Notes under the pieces: model-generated
The model's database searches: none
Told to the model about the DNA's origin: nothing
What the model saw: the letters and a program-made list of their open reading frames with translations, nothing else
Shown here: positions 1 to 9,025 of the stretch, one piece after another
Layout of the letters: each line of letters starts with the position of its first letter
How positions within the stretch are numbered: position 1 is the first letter of the stretch
Source of the DNA: Candidatus Thalassarchaeaceae archaeon
Lineage (GTDB): Archaea; Thermoplasmatota; Poseidoniia; Poseidoniales; Thalassarchaeaceae
Reading direction: 5' to 3'
NCBI GenBank assembly: GCA_030747675.1
Contig: JASLKH010000010.1
Location: 1-45,086, forward strand
Length of the DNA stretch: 45,086 nt
Position numbers and translations under genes: made by a program

Positions 1-1028
1 CCGACGATATTGACAATATGTGTGCCGATGTTGTTGAAGGATTCCTTGCCGGGCCAACACGATATGGCCTTGGAGATTTAGATCCATACATGGACAAATA
101 TTACGATGAACGAAGCCATATTGACAAGGCATTAGGAAAGTACAACGGCAGTATCTATTGGGTACAGGGCCTCCAAGATTGGAATGTCGACCCACACCAA
201 GTATTCGGCGGCCCTCCTGGTACAAATTGGTATCAAGAGTATATCGACAATGGCTACGATGTAGCGGGCATGATCGGACAATGGGAACACAATTACCCCG
301 ACCAATGGACTAAGCACAATAATCAAGATTCAGGGTACGGTGGTGAAGCAATCCACAACATGACTCGCTGGGATTGGGCGCAAGATTTGTTTGAATGGAT
401 GGAATATTATCTCAAGGGAATTGGGCCAAAACCCGGATTACATGCTCAAGTACAGCGTAATGATGGAGAATGGAGAATTGAAGAAACATGGCCTCCAAAG
501 GACATAGAACGCCTTTCATTGAGCCTTGGCGATTGTGGTAATAATGGAGCCTTTGTAGGCGGTGGCGCCCCAGTAGTGGGTGGAGGACAATCAGTCACCA
601 TCGATTGCCCTGCCATGAGTGAAAACACAAACCTCCACATTGCAGGTTTAGCAACATTGCATATGGACGTTGTAGCTACCTTTGATGGTGGCCAAGTATT
701 CGTTGAATTACAAGATGCAGAAACAGGGTTAAGGCTTGGACATGCTACAATGGATATCCGATATTATGCCGGTGGGTATGATGCACAAACAGTTCTCCCT
801 AGCCAGCAGATTACATTACTAATGGAGTTCCAAGCAATTGATGCAATTCTACCTGCAGGGCATGGTTTGCGTTTTATTATGACTGACACAGGAGAAGACT
901 ACCTTGCTCCCGCTTGTGGTAACGCTTGCACCGTTCATGTCTTGCCATCATTAGCAACATTCGAATTACCAGTAATTGATCGTGATGGGAGCAATGTGTT
1001 AATCACACCACAAGAGGTAGCCGAATAA
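1..1028 (+). CDS. CocE/NonD family hydrolase (X-Pro dipeptidyl-peptidase S15-like), C-terminal part; 5'-truncated by the window edge
   Basis: Frame is open from the window start. Motifs G.QDWNVDP (acid), GQWEH.YPD (His) and 'GEWRIEETWPP' followed by a PepX_C-like jelly-roll region (LRLGHATMD...GHGLRFIMTD). Confidence 0.8.
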   Translation, partial: DDIDNMCADVVEGFLAGPTRYGLGDLDPYMDKYYDERSHIDKALGKYNGSIYWVQGLQDWNVDPHQVFGGPPGTNWYQEYIDNGYDVAGMIGQWEHNYPDQWTKHNNQDSGYGGEAIHNMTRWDWAQDLFEWMEYYLKGIGPKPGLHAQVQRNDGEWRIEETWPPKDIERLSLSLGDCGNNGAFVGGGAPVVGGGQSVTIDCPAMSENTNLHIAGLATLHMDVVATFDGGQVFVELQDAETGLRLGHATMDIRYYAGGYDAQTVLPSQQITLLMEFQAIDAILPAGHGLRFIMTDTGEDYLAPACGNACTVHVLPSLATFELPVIDRDGSNVLITPQEVAE

Positions 1029-1030
1029 CC

Positions 1031-1210
1031 TCAACTTTCTCTCCGAACTCTTCCTAAGTACATGATTGCCCCAAGCAATGCAGACATAGTCATCATGAAG
1101 GAAAATCCAGGCAAACCACCGCCTTCTTCTTCTGCAACCTTTACCCCAGTATTATTGGCATTATGATAACTTAAAGCAAGAACCCTTCCAAATCTTCCAT
1201 TATTCGGATA
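1031..1210 (-). pseudogene. Start-less 59-codon open frame ending in a PGF-CTERM-like sorting signal (gene remnant or inverted 3' segment)
   Basis: Manual translation: YPNNGRFGRVLALSYHNANNTGVKVAEEEGGGLPGFSFMMTMSALLGAIMYLGRVRRES*. Acidic/Gly linker, LPGF, hydrophobic helix, basic tail; no ATG upstream of LPGF in this frame. Confidence 0.55.
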
Positions 1211-2604
1211 CTATTTTCATCATCTGGCATATATTCCAATGCCGTTCTTGCAGCATCGTAGGCTGCCATTTTGTTCCCTAATTCCTCATGCGCTTTAGCA
1301 AGATTCGACCACGGGTGTCCAGGAGCGTCATATCGTTGTGCCCGTGTCGCTGCTGCGAGCCACGGAATCGCTGCCGTTGGTTGTTCTAATTGCATTAATA
1401 TCGCCCCGACATCGTTCCAAGCATTACCCAACCTCTCGTCACATTCCAGTGCCTTTCTACACCAACCCAAAGCGCCCCACAAATCATCCATTTCAGAAAG
1501 TGCCCAACCAAGGAATGTTGCTGATTCGGCAGTTGGAGCTAAACGAAAAGCCTCACCCTGATGTTCTGATGCCAATTCAAAAATTCCCATTTGAACGAGA
1601 ACATGGCCCATTCTGAACAGGTCATCCGCTAATTGCTCCCTTAATCCCCCTTCAATTTCATCAGACAGCCCCTCGTGATGTGGATCCACCGAATACCAGA
1701 CGCGCTGTACCATATCGAGCATTCTGGAAGGACCAAACCGGTCTCGAGTCGGGACATCATTGGCCAACTTCCACGCTTTTTCTATGGAAAATCTCCCCAT
1801 CTCAACTTCGACGCTGGTTACCACATCATCTCCAGTTTCTAGACCAATCAACACTTCTTCGGACCACGGATCTACATCCCAACAAGCAATCCATTGAGCC
1901 ATTAATTCTCCTTCACCATGGTGATGTACGATTTGCAACATTGACCTCCCTTCATTTTCTACAGGTAGAACTGCCAATCCTTCTTCATTCATTAGTGACA
2001 TCAATTTGATTGGCAGTGAAGGGAACATTCCCGTAGACAGCACTCGGTCGAAACCCTCCTCTGGCACATGCAAGTCAAGCTCACTGAGCCCAATAAAATC
2101 AATATCACAGTCAAAAGAATGCGCGACCAAATCCAGCCGAAGGTTCAACCATCTTTCAATCAACACATCTCTTCTGCGCAAATCAGGTTCCAACACCACA
2201 ATCTTCTGCGCCCCAATATGCATCAACAATTCAGTGTACCAATTACCACGTGGGCCTACTAGCAACACCGAATCATTCACATCAATTTGTAATAGTTGCA
2301 TGATCTGGCTTGTTTCGAATAAACCAGGAAGTAGGGAATGAGAAGTTTCAGCACCCCACCAAGGCATCCTCAAACTTGAACCTTCAAAATGAGGTATTTC
2401 ATCCTCAAGAGGGAAGGGTAATGCATGTACCCCCCTTGGGCATTGCCGCATTGCTTGCTTCACACAATCCAATTCAATGACACCAAAATTTTCCAACCGA
2501 TCTAGGTGCTGTTGATGATTAGGCAACAATGGCCAATCTTCCACCAGAGGTAACGCATTCACGTCACATGAGGGTGAACCAGCAAGAGGTGGAGATGCAC
2601 TCAC
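1171..2604 (-). CDS. Protein-L-isoaspartate O-methyltransferase-like domain (degenerate) fused to C-terminal TPR repeats
   Basis: VKQAMRQCPR, VLLVGPRGNWY, VVLEPD and FDRVLSTG...LMSLMNEEGLAVLPV follow PIMT motif order. C-terminus has TPR patterns (GNAWNDVGAIL...AAIPWL...HPWSNLA). Start uncertain. Confidence 0.65.
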   Translation of the reverse strand: MSASPPLAGSPSCDVNALPLVEDWPLLPNHQQHLDRLENFGVIELDCVKQAMRQCPRGVHALPFPLEDEIPHFEGSSLRMPWWGAETSHSLLPGLFETSQIMQLLQIDVNDSVLLVGPRGNWYTELLMHIGAQKIVVLEPDLRRRDVLIERWLNLRLDLVAHSFDCDIDFIGLSELDLHVPEEGFDRVLSTGMFPSLPIKLMSLMNEEGLAVLPVENEGRSMLQIVHHHGEGELMAQWIACWDVDPWSEEVLIGLETGDDVVTSVEVEMGRFSIEKAWKLANDVPTRDRFGPSRMLDMVQRVWYSVDPHHEGLSDEIEGGLREQLADDLFRMGHVLVQMGIFELASEHQGEAFRLAPTAESATFLGWALSEMDDLWGALGWCRKALECDERLGNAWNDVGAILMQLEQPTAAIPWLAAATRAQRYDAPGHPWSNLAKAHEELGNKMAAYDAARTALEYMPDDENSIRIMEDLEGFLL

Positions 2605-2692
2605 GCATGGCGAGTTCCCAAAAGGGCACTTGAAGAAATCGCTTCATCCATCAACGCGGAAGGTGATTTGAGCACCCTTTACTTTCTTCCAA

Positions 2693-3475
2693 TTACAATA
2701 AATCTGCAACCGAATTGACAATCAGTGTTGGCATTTGCTCTGCATCTGGACCCAGAGCTTCAACATCTTTTCGAGTAGCTTCTCCACTGAGAACAAGAAT
2801 TCCTTTGACGCCGGCCCTAGTTGCCATGGCCATATCTGTATACAACCTATCCCCAATCATAGCACACCTTTCAGGCAGCAATTTCAACTCCTCAATTTTG
2901 TGGCGAATCATTCCTGGTTGAGGCTTCCCACAAACATGGATTGGTCGGACGCCAGTGGTCGCTTCGAACAGGGCCATATACGCGCCAGTATCAGGTAACC
3001 CCCCATCGGGCGAAGGACACACCATATCGGGGTGACTTGCTACCAAAGGTACACCATTATGGAGGTGAATAGAAGCGGTTGAAATTTTGTCATAATTGAT
3101 TTCAGTATCGTATCCTAGAACTACAATTTCAGGATCACCGGCATCTATTGTTAGCCCAGCATCTTGTAGCATATCTTGCATTCCTATAGTCCCAACCAAA
3201 TAGATTCGGTCATAATCGAATGCATGAAGCCATGAAATCAAATCATGCGTAGATAACAAGACATCACTTTTCATAGCAGGTATTCCCAACTTCTGCAATT
3301 TAGCAACATATTGTTCTACGGATTTACTGCTGTTATTGGAGAGGAAAAACCGTTTTATCCCATTTTTATCACAACGATTCAGGAATTCCAGCGCACCCTC
3401 AATCAAATCTTCACCAAGATAAATTGTCCCATCTAGATCAAGGAATACAGCATCAATATCTTCCATAATTACCAC
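2693..3475 (-). CDS. HAD-superfamily subfamily IIA hydrolase (NagD-like phosphatase)
   Basis: DLDGTIY motif I, LSNNS motif II, GKP motif III, IGDRLYTD motif IV. Confidence 0.92.
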   Translation of the reverse strand: MVIMEDIDAVFLDLDGTIYLGEDLIEGALEFLNRCDKNGIKRFFLSNNSSKSVEQYVAKLQKLGIPAMKSDVLLSTHDLISWLHAFDYDRIYLVGTIGMQDMLQDAGLTIDAGDPEIVVLGYDTEINYDKISTASIHLHNGVPLVASHPDMVCPSPDGGLPDTGAYMALFEATTGVRPIHVCGKPQPGMIRHKIEELKLLPERCAMIGDRLYTDMAMATRAGVKGILVLSGEATRKDVEALGPDAEQMPTLIVNSVADLL

Positions 3476-4825
3476 CTAAAATAAAAGGGTCTTAATCAAC
3501 CACCATTTTGAATGAAATTGCCCCTGCGCCTCTTTTGAAGCAATCATATCAGTCAATGCTCGTTGCAATTCTTCTTTCTTAGCAGCCCTTCCAACGAACC
3601 AGTTGATTAACCGCTTCCTCCTGACTAAACGTTGTAACTTGAATGAGTTTGTTAATTCGGGACAAAGCGTATCCCACAACTTATTTTGATATTCATCTGC
3701 AGCATTTTGAGTGAAACCTTCACTGTGTATATTCGAGTCAAAGAAATCCGAAGCGATCTTTGCAGATAGTAATGCGTTTCCAATACCTTCACCAGTAAAT
3801 GGGTCAACCAATGATGCAGCATCTCCCACGCACATTGCCCCGGCCATGGCGGCCCTTCTAGGTTGGAACGAGGGGGCCTTCTTCCGAGGACTCCCAAAGG
3901 GCAATTGCCAGCCCTTTCCGGTTTTTTCAATCAATTGTGCTTTCTTGAAGCGCTTACTGAATTTAGGGTGCTCATTAATGACCCATTCTTGCAACTTACG
4001 TAGCTTAACTTTTCTTTTATCCATCTCTGAAATGACCATTCCAATACCAACATTCACAACACCATTTCCGACAGGGAATATCCAGAAATATCCAGGGATA
4101 ATTTCATCGATAAAATGTATTTCAATTGCTCCCTTTGAATCACCACACCCTTCGACATTTGACCAATATTCTCTATACGCTCCACAATAATGTTCCTTGT
4201 CTACCATGGGCTCATTGTAAGCAGCAGTGATGGTTCGGGCCACAGGGCAATTGTATCCTCCCGCACCAATTGTCAACGGTGCATTAAATTGAATTTCATC
4301 ATTCCCACTTCGTTTTCCTCCAATAATACCAGAAACCCCTGTAATTTTCATCTCTTCAAGGTGTATTTCTGTAACCGTAAAATTTTGAATTACTGCTCCA
4401 CCGGCTGCTTGAACCTTTTCAGTGGCGTTAGAAAAGAGAATGGAATCAAATTGCTCTCTTGGTAAACTGTAACCAGCTTCTCGTTGTTCCACTTCTTCTT
4501 CGGGAAGAGCAATAGCAATTTCATTGCCGTTGGGTGAACCAAAAATAATTGTATCAACACGAAAATGCGGTGTTTGTTCGATCGTCAGTTTGACACCTAA
4601 TTCTTTGACATGCTTGAGGGACTTTCCCCCCACTGCATCTCCACAAGTCTTGTCCCTTGGCCATACAGCCTTTTCCAATAACAAGACCTTATTTCCATTC
4701 ATGGCCATAAATGCAGCAGTTCCACTACCCCCTGGGCCACCGCCTACGACAATCACATCGTAATTGGTCCCTGATTCAGGAATGGGCCCAGTGTCGATGG
4801 GAGATTTCCAAGCATACTCACTCAT
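3476..4825 (-). CDS. Geranylgeranyl reductase family FAD-dependent oxidoreductase
   Basis: VGGGPGGS dinucleotide fold, PRDKTCGDA, PGYFWIFP...VNVGIG, GDAASLVDPFTGEGIGNA. Confidence 0.9.
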   Translation of the reverse strand: MSEYAWKSPIDTGPIPESGTNYDVIVVGGGPGGSGTAAFMAMNGNKVLLLEKAVWPRDKTCGDAVGGKSLKHVKELGVKLTIEQTPHFRVDTIIFGSPNGNEIAIALPEEEVEQREAGYSLPREQFDSILFSNATEKVQAAGGAVIQNFTVTEIHLEEMKITGVSGIIGGKRSGNDEIQFNAPLTIGAGGYNCPVARTITAAYNEPMVDKEHYCGAYREYWSNVEGCGDSKGAIEIHFIDEIIPGYFWIFPVGNGVVNVGIGMVISEMDKRKVKLRKLQEWVINEHPKFSKRFKKAQLIEKTGKGWQLPFGSPRKKAPSFQPRRAAMAGAMCVGDAASLVDPFTGEGIGNALLSAKIASDFFDSNIHSEGFTQNAADEYQNKLWDTLCPELTNSFKLQRLVRRKRLINWFVGRAAKKEELQRALTDMIASKEAQGQFHSKWWLIKTLLF

Positions 4826-4916
4826 GCTGCCACCATTTGGGTGTGATAGCAGCCGGCATTCAAGTCTTGGGGATGAGATACATCGAATTCAAGACGGGGC
4901 ATCTTCTCCGCCTATC

Positions 4917-5231
4917 ATGGAAGGGAACATACAGATTATTCAAACAACATTGCCCAATAATTGGATAGAGCCACAAGTTGGCGAGTTTTGCCAATATTTG
5001 CTAGAAGCGGGTGCGGCTTGTATACAATATAATTCAGTTTCATCGATGTATCATTGGCAGGGCGAAATAATTTCTGAAGGTGAATGGCGCTTAGAAATTA
5101 AATCAAGTATTGAAAACAATTCTTCTGTAATTACGGCACTCAAAAAGCAACACCCATATGATACGCCTCAAATTTTAATCCGAAACTCTCAGACAAGCAT
5201 AGAGTATGCTAAGTGGGTCAACACAATTTGA
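4917..5231 (+). CDS. cutA: Divalent-cation tolerance protein CutA
   Basis: LLEAGAACIQ...SMYHWQGEI..EGE...EIKS...HPYDTPQIL. ATG at 4917 chosen because the track start (4764) overlaps the divergent gene. Confidence 0.88.
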   Translation: MEGNIQIIQTTLPNNWIEPQVGEFCQYLLEAGAACIQYNSVSSMYHWQGEIISEGEWRLEIKSSIENNSSVITALKKQHPYDTPQILIRNSQTSIEYAKWVNTI

Positions 5232-5264
5232 ATTCATTTCAGAAATAACTAGGGTTCAATTGAA

Positions 5265-6461
5265 ATGCCTCACGCCAATCGTCGAATGATGACAGAAGAT
5301 GGTACTGACAAGCGTTTCGCAACCCGAAGTGTTCACAGTGGAACCCAGCACATCGAGGGAGCAGTAAATACACCTATTTTCCAATCATCAACATATTACC
5401 TCACCGATGAGAGGTATGCTGGTTGGGCAGCCGGAGCTCAGCACACATTACTTTATTCTCGACTTTCCAGTGTAAATTCCGAAGCATGTGTGGAAAAAAT
5501 TTGTGCGATGGAGGGTGCAGAAGACGGTGAATTGTTTGCTAGCGGTATGGCCGCAATATCAACCGTATTGATGGGTTTACTTTCCAATGGTGACCATATT
5601 GTAGCAAGCCCAGATGTATATGGTGGTACGTATGGATTAATGACTGCTGATTTACCTCGATTTGGTATTGAGGTAACTATGGCTGATATGCAAGATCCTG
5701 CTTCATATGAAGCAGCCATCCAACCTAATACGAAAATGCTGTACATCGAAACTTTATCCAATCCGGTTTTGAAAGTATGTGACATTGAAGCGATGGCAAA
5801 GATCGCGCAAAAGCATAATCTGCTATTAGTGGTCGACAATACATTCACCACTCCGTGGGCTTGTCAACCACTTTCCATGGGATGCCACCTCAGTATTCAC
5901 AGCACCACGAAATATCTAGGAGGCCATAGCCAGGTCGTCGGTGGTGCAGTTGTAGGAAATGCAGGTTTGATTGCAGAACTATTTCCAAAGAAAGTACACT
6001 TTGGGGGGTCGCCAGACCCACATGCTTGCTACTTATTGGAGCAAGGAATGAGAACACTTGCAGCACGAATGCCAATCCACTGTTCCAATGCCGCAGACAT
6101 CGCTCGCCGTTTGGATTCACACCCCTTGATCAATAGTGTAAACCACCCCAGTTTACCAAGCCACCCTGACTACGAGGTCGCTCAAAGAACAATGCCCAAT
6201 GGAACAGGAATGCTCGCCTTTGTAGTCAAAGGTGGTGACGCTGCAGCCTTATCATTTATGCGAAAATTGGAAATTATTTTCGAAGCAACCAGCCTTGGTG
6301 GTGTTGAGAGTTTAATTGAATGCCCATTCAACTCTAGTCACATGTCCATACCAGAAGAAATCAGACACGCTTCCGGGGTAGTCCCTGGATTCGTCCGGTT
6401 GAGCATAGGAATTGAAGATGTAGAAGATCTCTGGGATGATATCAGCCAAGCATTATCTTAG
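5265..6461 (+). CDS. Cys/Met metabolism PLP enzyme (cystathionine gamma-synthase/lyase or methionine gamma-lyase family)
   Basis: FATRSVH, TPIFQSSTY, FASGMAAI, YGGT, ETLSNP, VDNTF, HSTTKYLGGH (PLP Lys), SLGGVESL, RLSIGIED. Confidence 0.93.
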   Translation: MPHANRRMMTEDGTDKRFATRSVHSGTQHIEGAVNTPIFQSSTYYLTDERYAGWAAGAQHTLLYSRLSSVNSEACVEKICAMEGAEDGELFASGMAAISTVLMGLLSNGDHIVASPDVYGGTYGLMTADLPRFGIEVTMADMQDPASYEAAIQPNTKMLYIETLSNPVLKVCDIEAMAKIAQKHNLLLVVDNTFTTPWACQPLSMGCHLSIHSTTKYLGGHSQVVGGAVVGNAGLIAELFPKKVHFGGSPDPHACYLLEQGMRTLAARMPIHCSNAADIARRLDSHPLINSVNHPSLPSHPDYEVAQRTMPNGTGMLAFVVKGGDAAALSFMRKLEIIFEATSLGGVESLIECPFNSSHMSIPEEIRHASGVVPGFVRLSIGIEDVEDLWDDISQALS

Positions 6462-8140
6462 GGCATTGAAAAATCTGATGCCCCACTACGCTCTGCAAAT
6501 GCAGCCATAGCTTCGACATAAGCATCCTTTGCATCCTTTTCATCAGAGATTAAAGCATCACTTGCAAGGTATAATGCTGCCAATACCGGCACCCAATCTC
6601 CACCTTTATCACGAGCATCAGAATCAAAATGCCAACCTTCGGACTCAGCCCGTTCATGAACATTAATCCACGCCCATCCAAGTGCTTTTTCGGCAGCATC
6701 ACCACCTTTCTTGGCAAGAGTCACAGTGCTTCCAATCCCATCGGTTCTGGATTTCCGAATGAGCATATCGGCCCGTCCACATAATCCATTCATATCTCCA
6801 TCTTTCCATGGAAACTTAGAGAGCATTAGGTGTTCCGCACGCTGCGATTCCATTCGCTTTAAAAAAGCACCAAAACCTTGTTTTTTCCTTGATTGCTTCT
6901 CCATAATTTCATCAGCCACATCTCCGGTTAAGCCATATATTTCTTCCAATACAAGGGTACCCCATTCTGGCCAAAGTGCAACTAAATTTGCATGACATGA
7001 TCTTTCGGTCATTCTCAATACATCATCTTCTAGTTCAGTGCAAGATCCATCTCTTCGGATGTGTAGGCCACATTCCTCTAAGACTTCAGTCAATATGAGT
7101 TGTAGTGCCGATTTTTCTGGCATTGATCCAGACATTGATTCAATCATTACATCCAAATCATCCATTGCCCACCAATCTTCTCCAATAACACAACCTTCAT
7201 CCAAATTATTGCAGACGGCCAAGCGAAGAGTTTGCACCAATTTAGAATCTGGAATTGACAAATTCATCCAAGCATCCAACACCTCATCAACCCTTTCCTT
7301 GGCAGCAGAAGACAATTCCTTATTTTCTGGCCAACCACTAGGTTTCCAATTCCACTCTACTTTTGCAATTGCAGAAAATTTAGGCGGCAACACCCGAATT
7401 GCAATATTTTGAATCATTGAACTTTCATCGGGAACCCCATCAATGTCTTCTTCTGCGAGGATAATTTTGTCTTCACCAATTTCGAGTACAATTCCACTTT
7501 CATCTCCAATGACACCATTGGGTGAGCAAAAAACACCATCATTTTCTGTGAATTTAATGGGTCCATCCCGCAATCCATCAACTAACCACCCTTCGGGAGG
7601 ATCAGGTTCAATGCCCGTACAAATAATTCCATTTTCAACCGAAAAGAACCACCACCCAGAACGGGCATGCTCTTCCCATGCCAACAACCGTTGGGATGGG
7701 TGGCTGTGATTTTGGAAGGAAACTAATTGGGTAGGTTTACCTGCGCCTCGTCTAACAAAAGATGCAGTTCCAAACACAGGATGATCAAATACAGCAACCA
7801 TGTTCCTTTCATCATCATGCGCTGCATGAAGTGACCCAGCTAAGGCACGTGCAACACTATCGCCCCGCCGTTTCACCATCTTCTTGCCCAACCATCGCCT
7901 ATCATTTTTCTTTACAATGACTTTGTTGCATTCTCGTAGTGATTTTTGTACAGGATCCTTACGTGCTCTTCGCACAACATAATCTGCAATAGGAAGCATG
8001 CTACCAGGATTATCTAATAATTCTGAAAGATTTTTTTCAAGTTTTTTCCGAACTCCAGCCGAAGCCCGCTTTGTTCCACGTGCACGCATGCGTTGCTGCT
8101 TCTTTCCCCCGGGGAATTCCACTTTACTAGGACCTGCCAT
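6458..8140 (-). CDS. Hypothetical protein with basic (K/R-rich) N-terminus
   Basis: Long ORF with natural composition and no recognisable motif. ATG at 8140 preferred over GTG at 8164. Confidence 0.75.
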   Translation of the reverse strand: MAGPSKVEFPGGKKQQRMRARGTKRASAGVRKKLEKNLSELLDNPGSMLPIADYVVRRARKDPVQKSLRECNKVIVKKNDRRWLGKKMVKRRGDSVARALAGSLHAAHDDERNMVAVFDHPVFGTASFVRRGAGKPTQLVSFQNHSHPSQRLLAWEEHARSGWWFFSVENGIICTGIEPDPPEGWLVDGLRDGPIKFTENDGVFCSPNGVIGDESGIVLEIGEDKIILAEEDIDGVPDESSMIQNIAIRVLPPKFSAIAKVEWNWKPSGWPENKELSSAAKERVDEVLDAWMNLSIPDSKLVQTLRLAVCNNLDEGCVIGEDWWAMDDLDVMIESMSGSMPEKSALQLILTEVLEECGLHIRRDGSCTELEDDVLRMTERSCHANLVALWPEWGTLVLEEIYGLTGDVADEIMEKQSRKKQGFGAFLKRMESQRAEHLMLSKFPWKDGDMNGLCGRADMLIRKSRTDGIGSTVTLAKKGGDAAEKALGWAWINVHERAESEGWHFDSDARDKGGDWVPVLAALYLASDALISDEKDAKDAYVEAMAAFAERSGASDFSMP

Positions 8141-8194
8141 GTCTTCCCCAACCTTCGCACACACTCGACACGCTTGACGCCTCCGGCGTTGAAA

Positions 8195-8977
8195 TCAGTC
8201 CTTCCACCGCTCAAGTGCAGCAACTTCGACATCATGCAAGTTTGCTGGAATAACTAAACAATGGACTCGCCCTTGTTCAATTTTTGCAATATCATCTATG
8301 GATCCAAAAACAATTCGAGAATCATCAGTGCCCATATCAGAACATAGCACAAGGTCCCAATCTTCTACATTAACATCAAGTTTTTTAGCCATTCGTCGGA
8401 GTACGTGAACAGCATCCTTTGGTTGCATTGGCTCCTGTATTTCTTCACCCAAGCCAGTAGGATCTAAATCGAGCAACGCTAATGTGTGCAAATCCCTTTT
8501 ACGATTTGCTAAAACAAACTCAAGTGGAGAAGTTGGCAAATAATCTCCATACGGATATGCAAAAGTACACTGTCGGCCAAAACGATACGACTGCAGTCCA
8601 ATGGCTCCAGTAACAATAGTGGTAATTGAAATGCCGTGGATGACATTACAGTTGACCCCAAGCTCTGCACACCGTAATTGCAAATCAACGTGAGTGGTTG
8701 CTTGCAATGGATCACCTACAATCAATAAAGCAACTTTTGAAACCTTGGCAAGTTCCAGAATATGATCAGGATTTTCTACCGAAGACCGCATCCTTAACTC
8801 CCATGACCCGACAGTTTCTTCCAGTTTTTGCATACTTATTGGTGGCAGTAATGCAGTGTACCCTTCTAGGAATCGGAAATCAGCATCACGGGCACACTTG
8901 CGTGCAGCAATGGTCATTTGATCAAGCCCCCCTGGACCCATTCCGATTAACCAAAGCCCACTTCCATCCATATTCAT
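8195..8977 (-). CDS. dph5: Diphthine synthase
   Basis: LWLIGMG, FLEGYTA, LLIVGDPLQATTHVDL, HGISI, GLQSYRFGR..T, N...DLHTLALLD, HCLVIPANLH.VE..ALERW. Confidence 0.93.
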   Translation of the reverse strand: MNMDGSGLWLIGMGPGGLDQMTIAARKCARDADFRFLEGYTALLPPISMQKLEETVGSWELRMRSSVENPDHILELAKVSKVALLIVGDPLQATTHVDLQLRCAELGVNCNVIHGISITTIVTGAIGLQSYRFGRQCTFAYPYGDYLPTSPLEFVLANRKRDLHTLALLDLDPTGLGEEIQEPMQPKDAVHVLRRMAKKLDVNVEDWDLVLCSDMGTDDSRIVFGSIDDIAKIEQGRVHCLVIPANLHDVEVAALERWKD

Positions 8978-9025
8978 TCATCCGTCACGGTCAAGCATAG
9001 GGCCCCTGTCGACACGTCGAGTGCC

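Noticed and set aside
1160-1185. Programmed frameshift extending PIMT-TPR into the PGF tail (CTT TAA resembles the prfB site)
   Set aside because: A +1 shift hits a stop within three codons. The PGF frame needs -1, there is no X XXY YYZ heptamer, and the topology is incompatible with a cytoplasmic protein.
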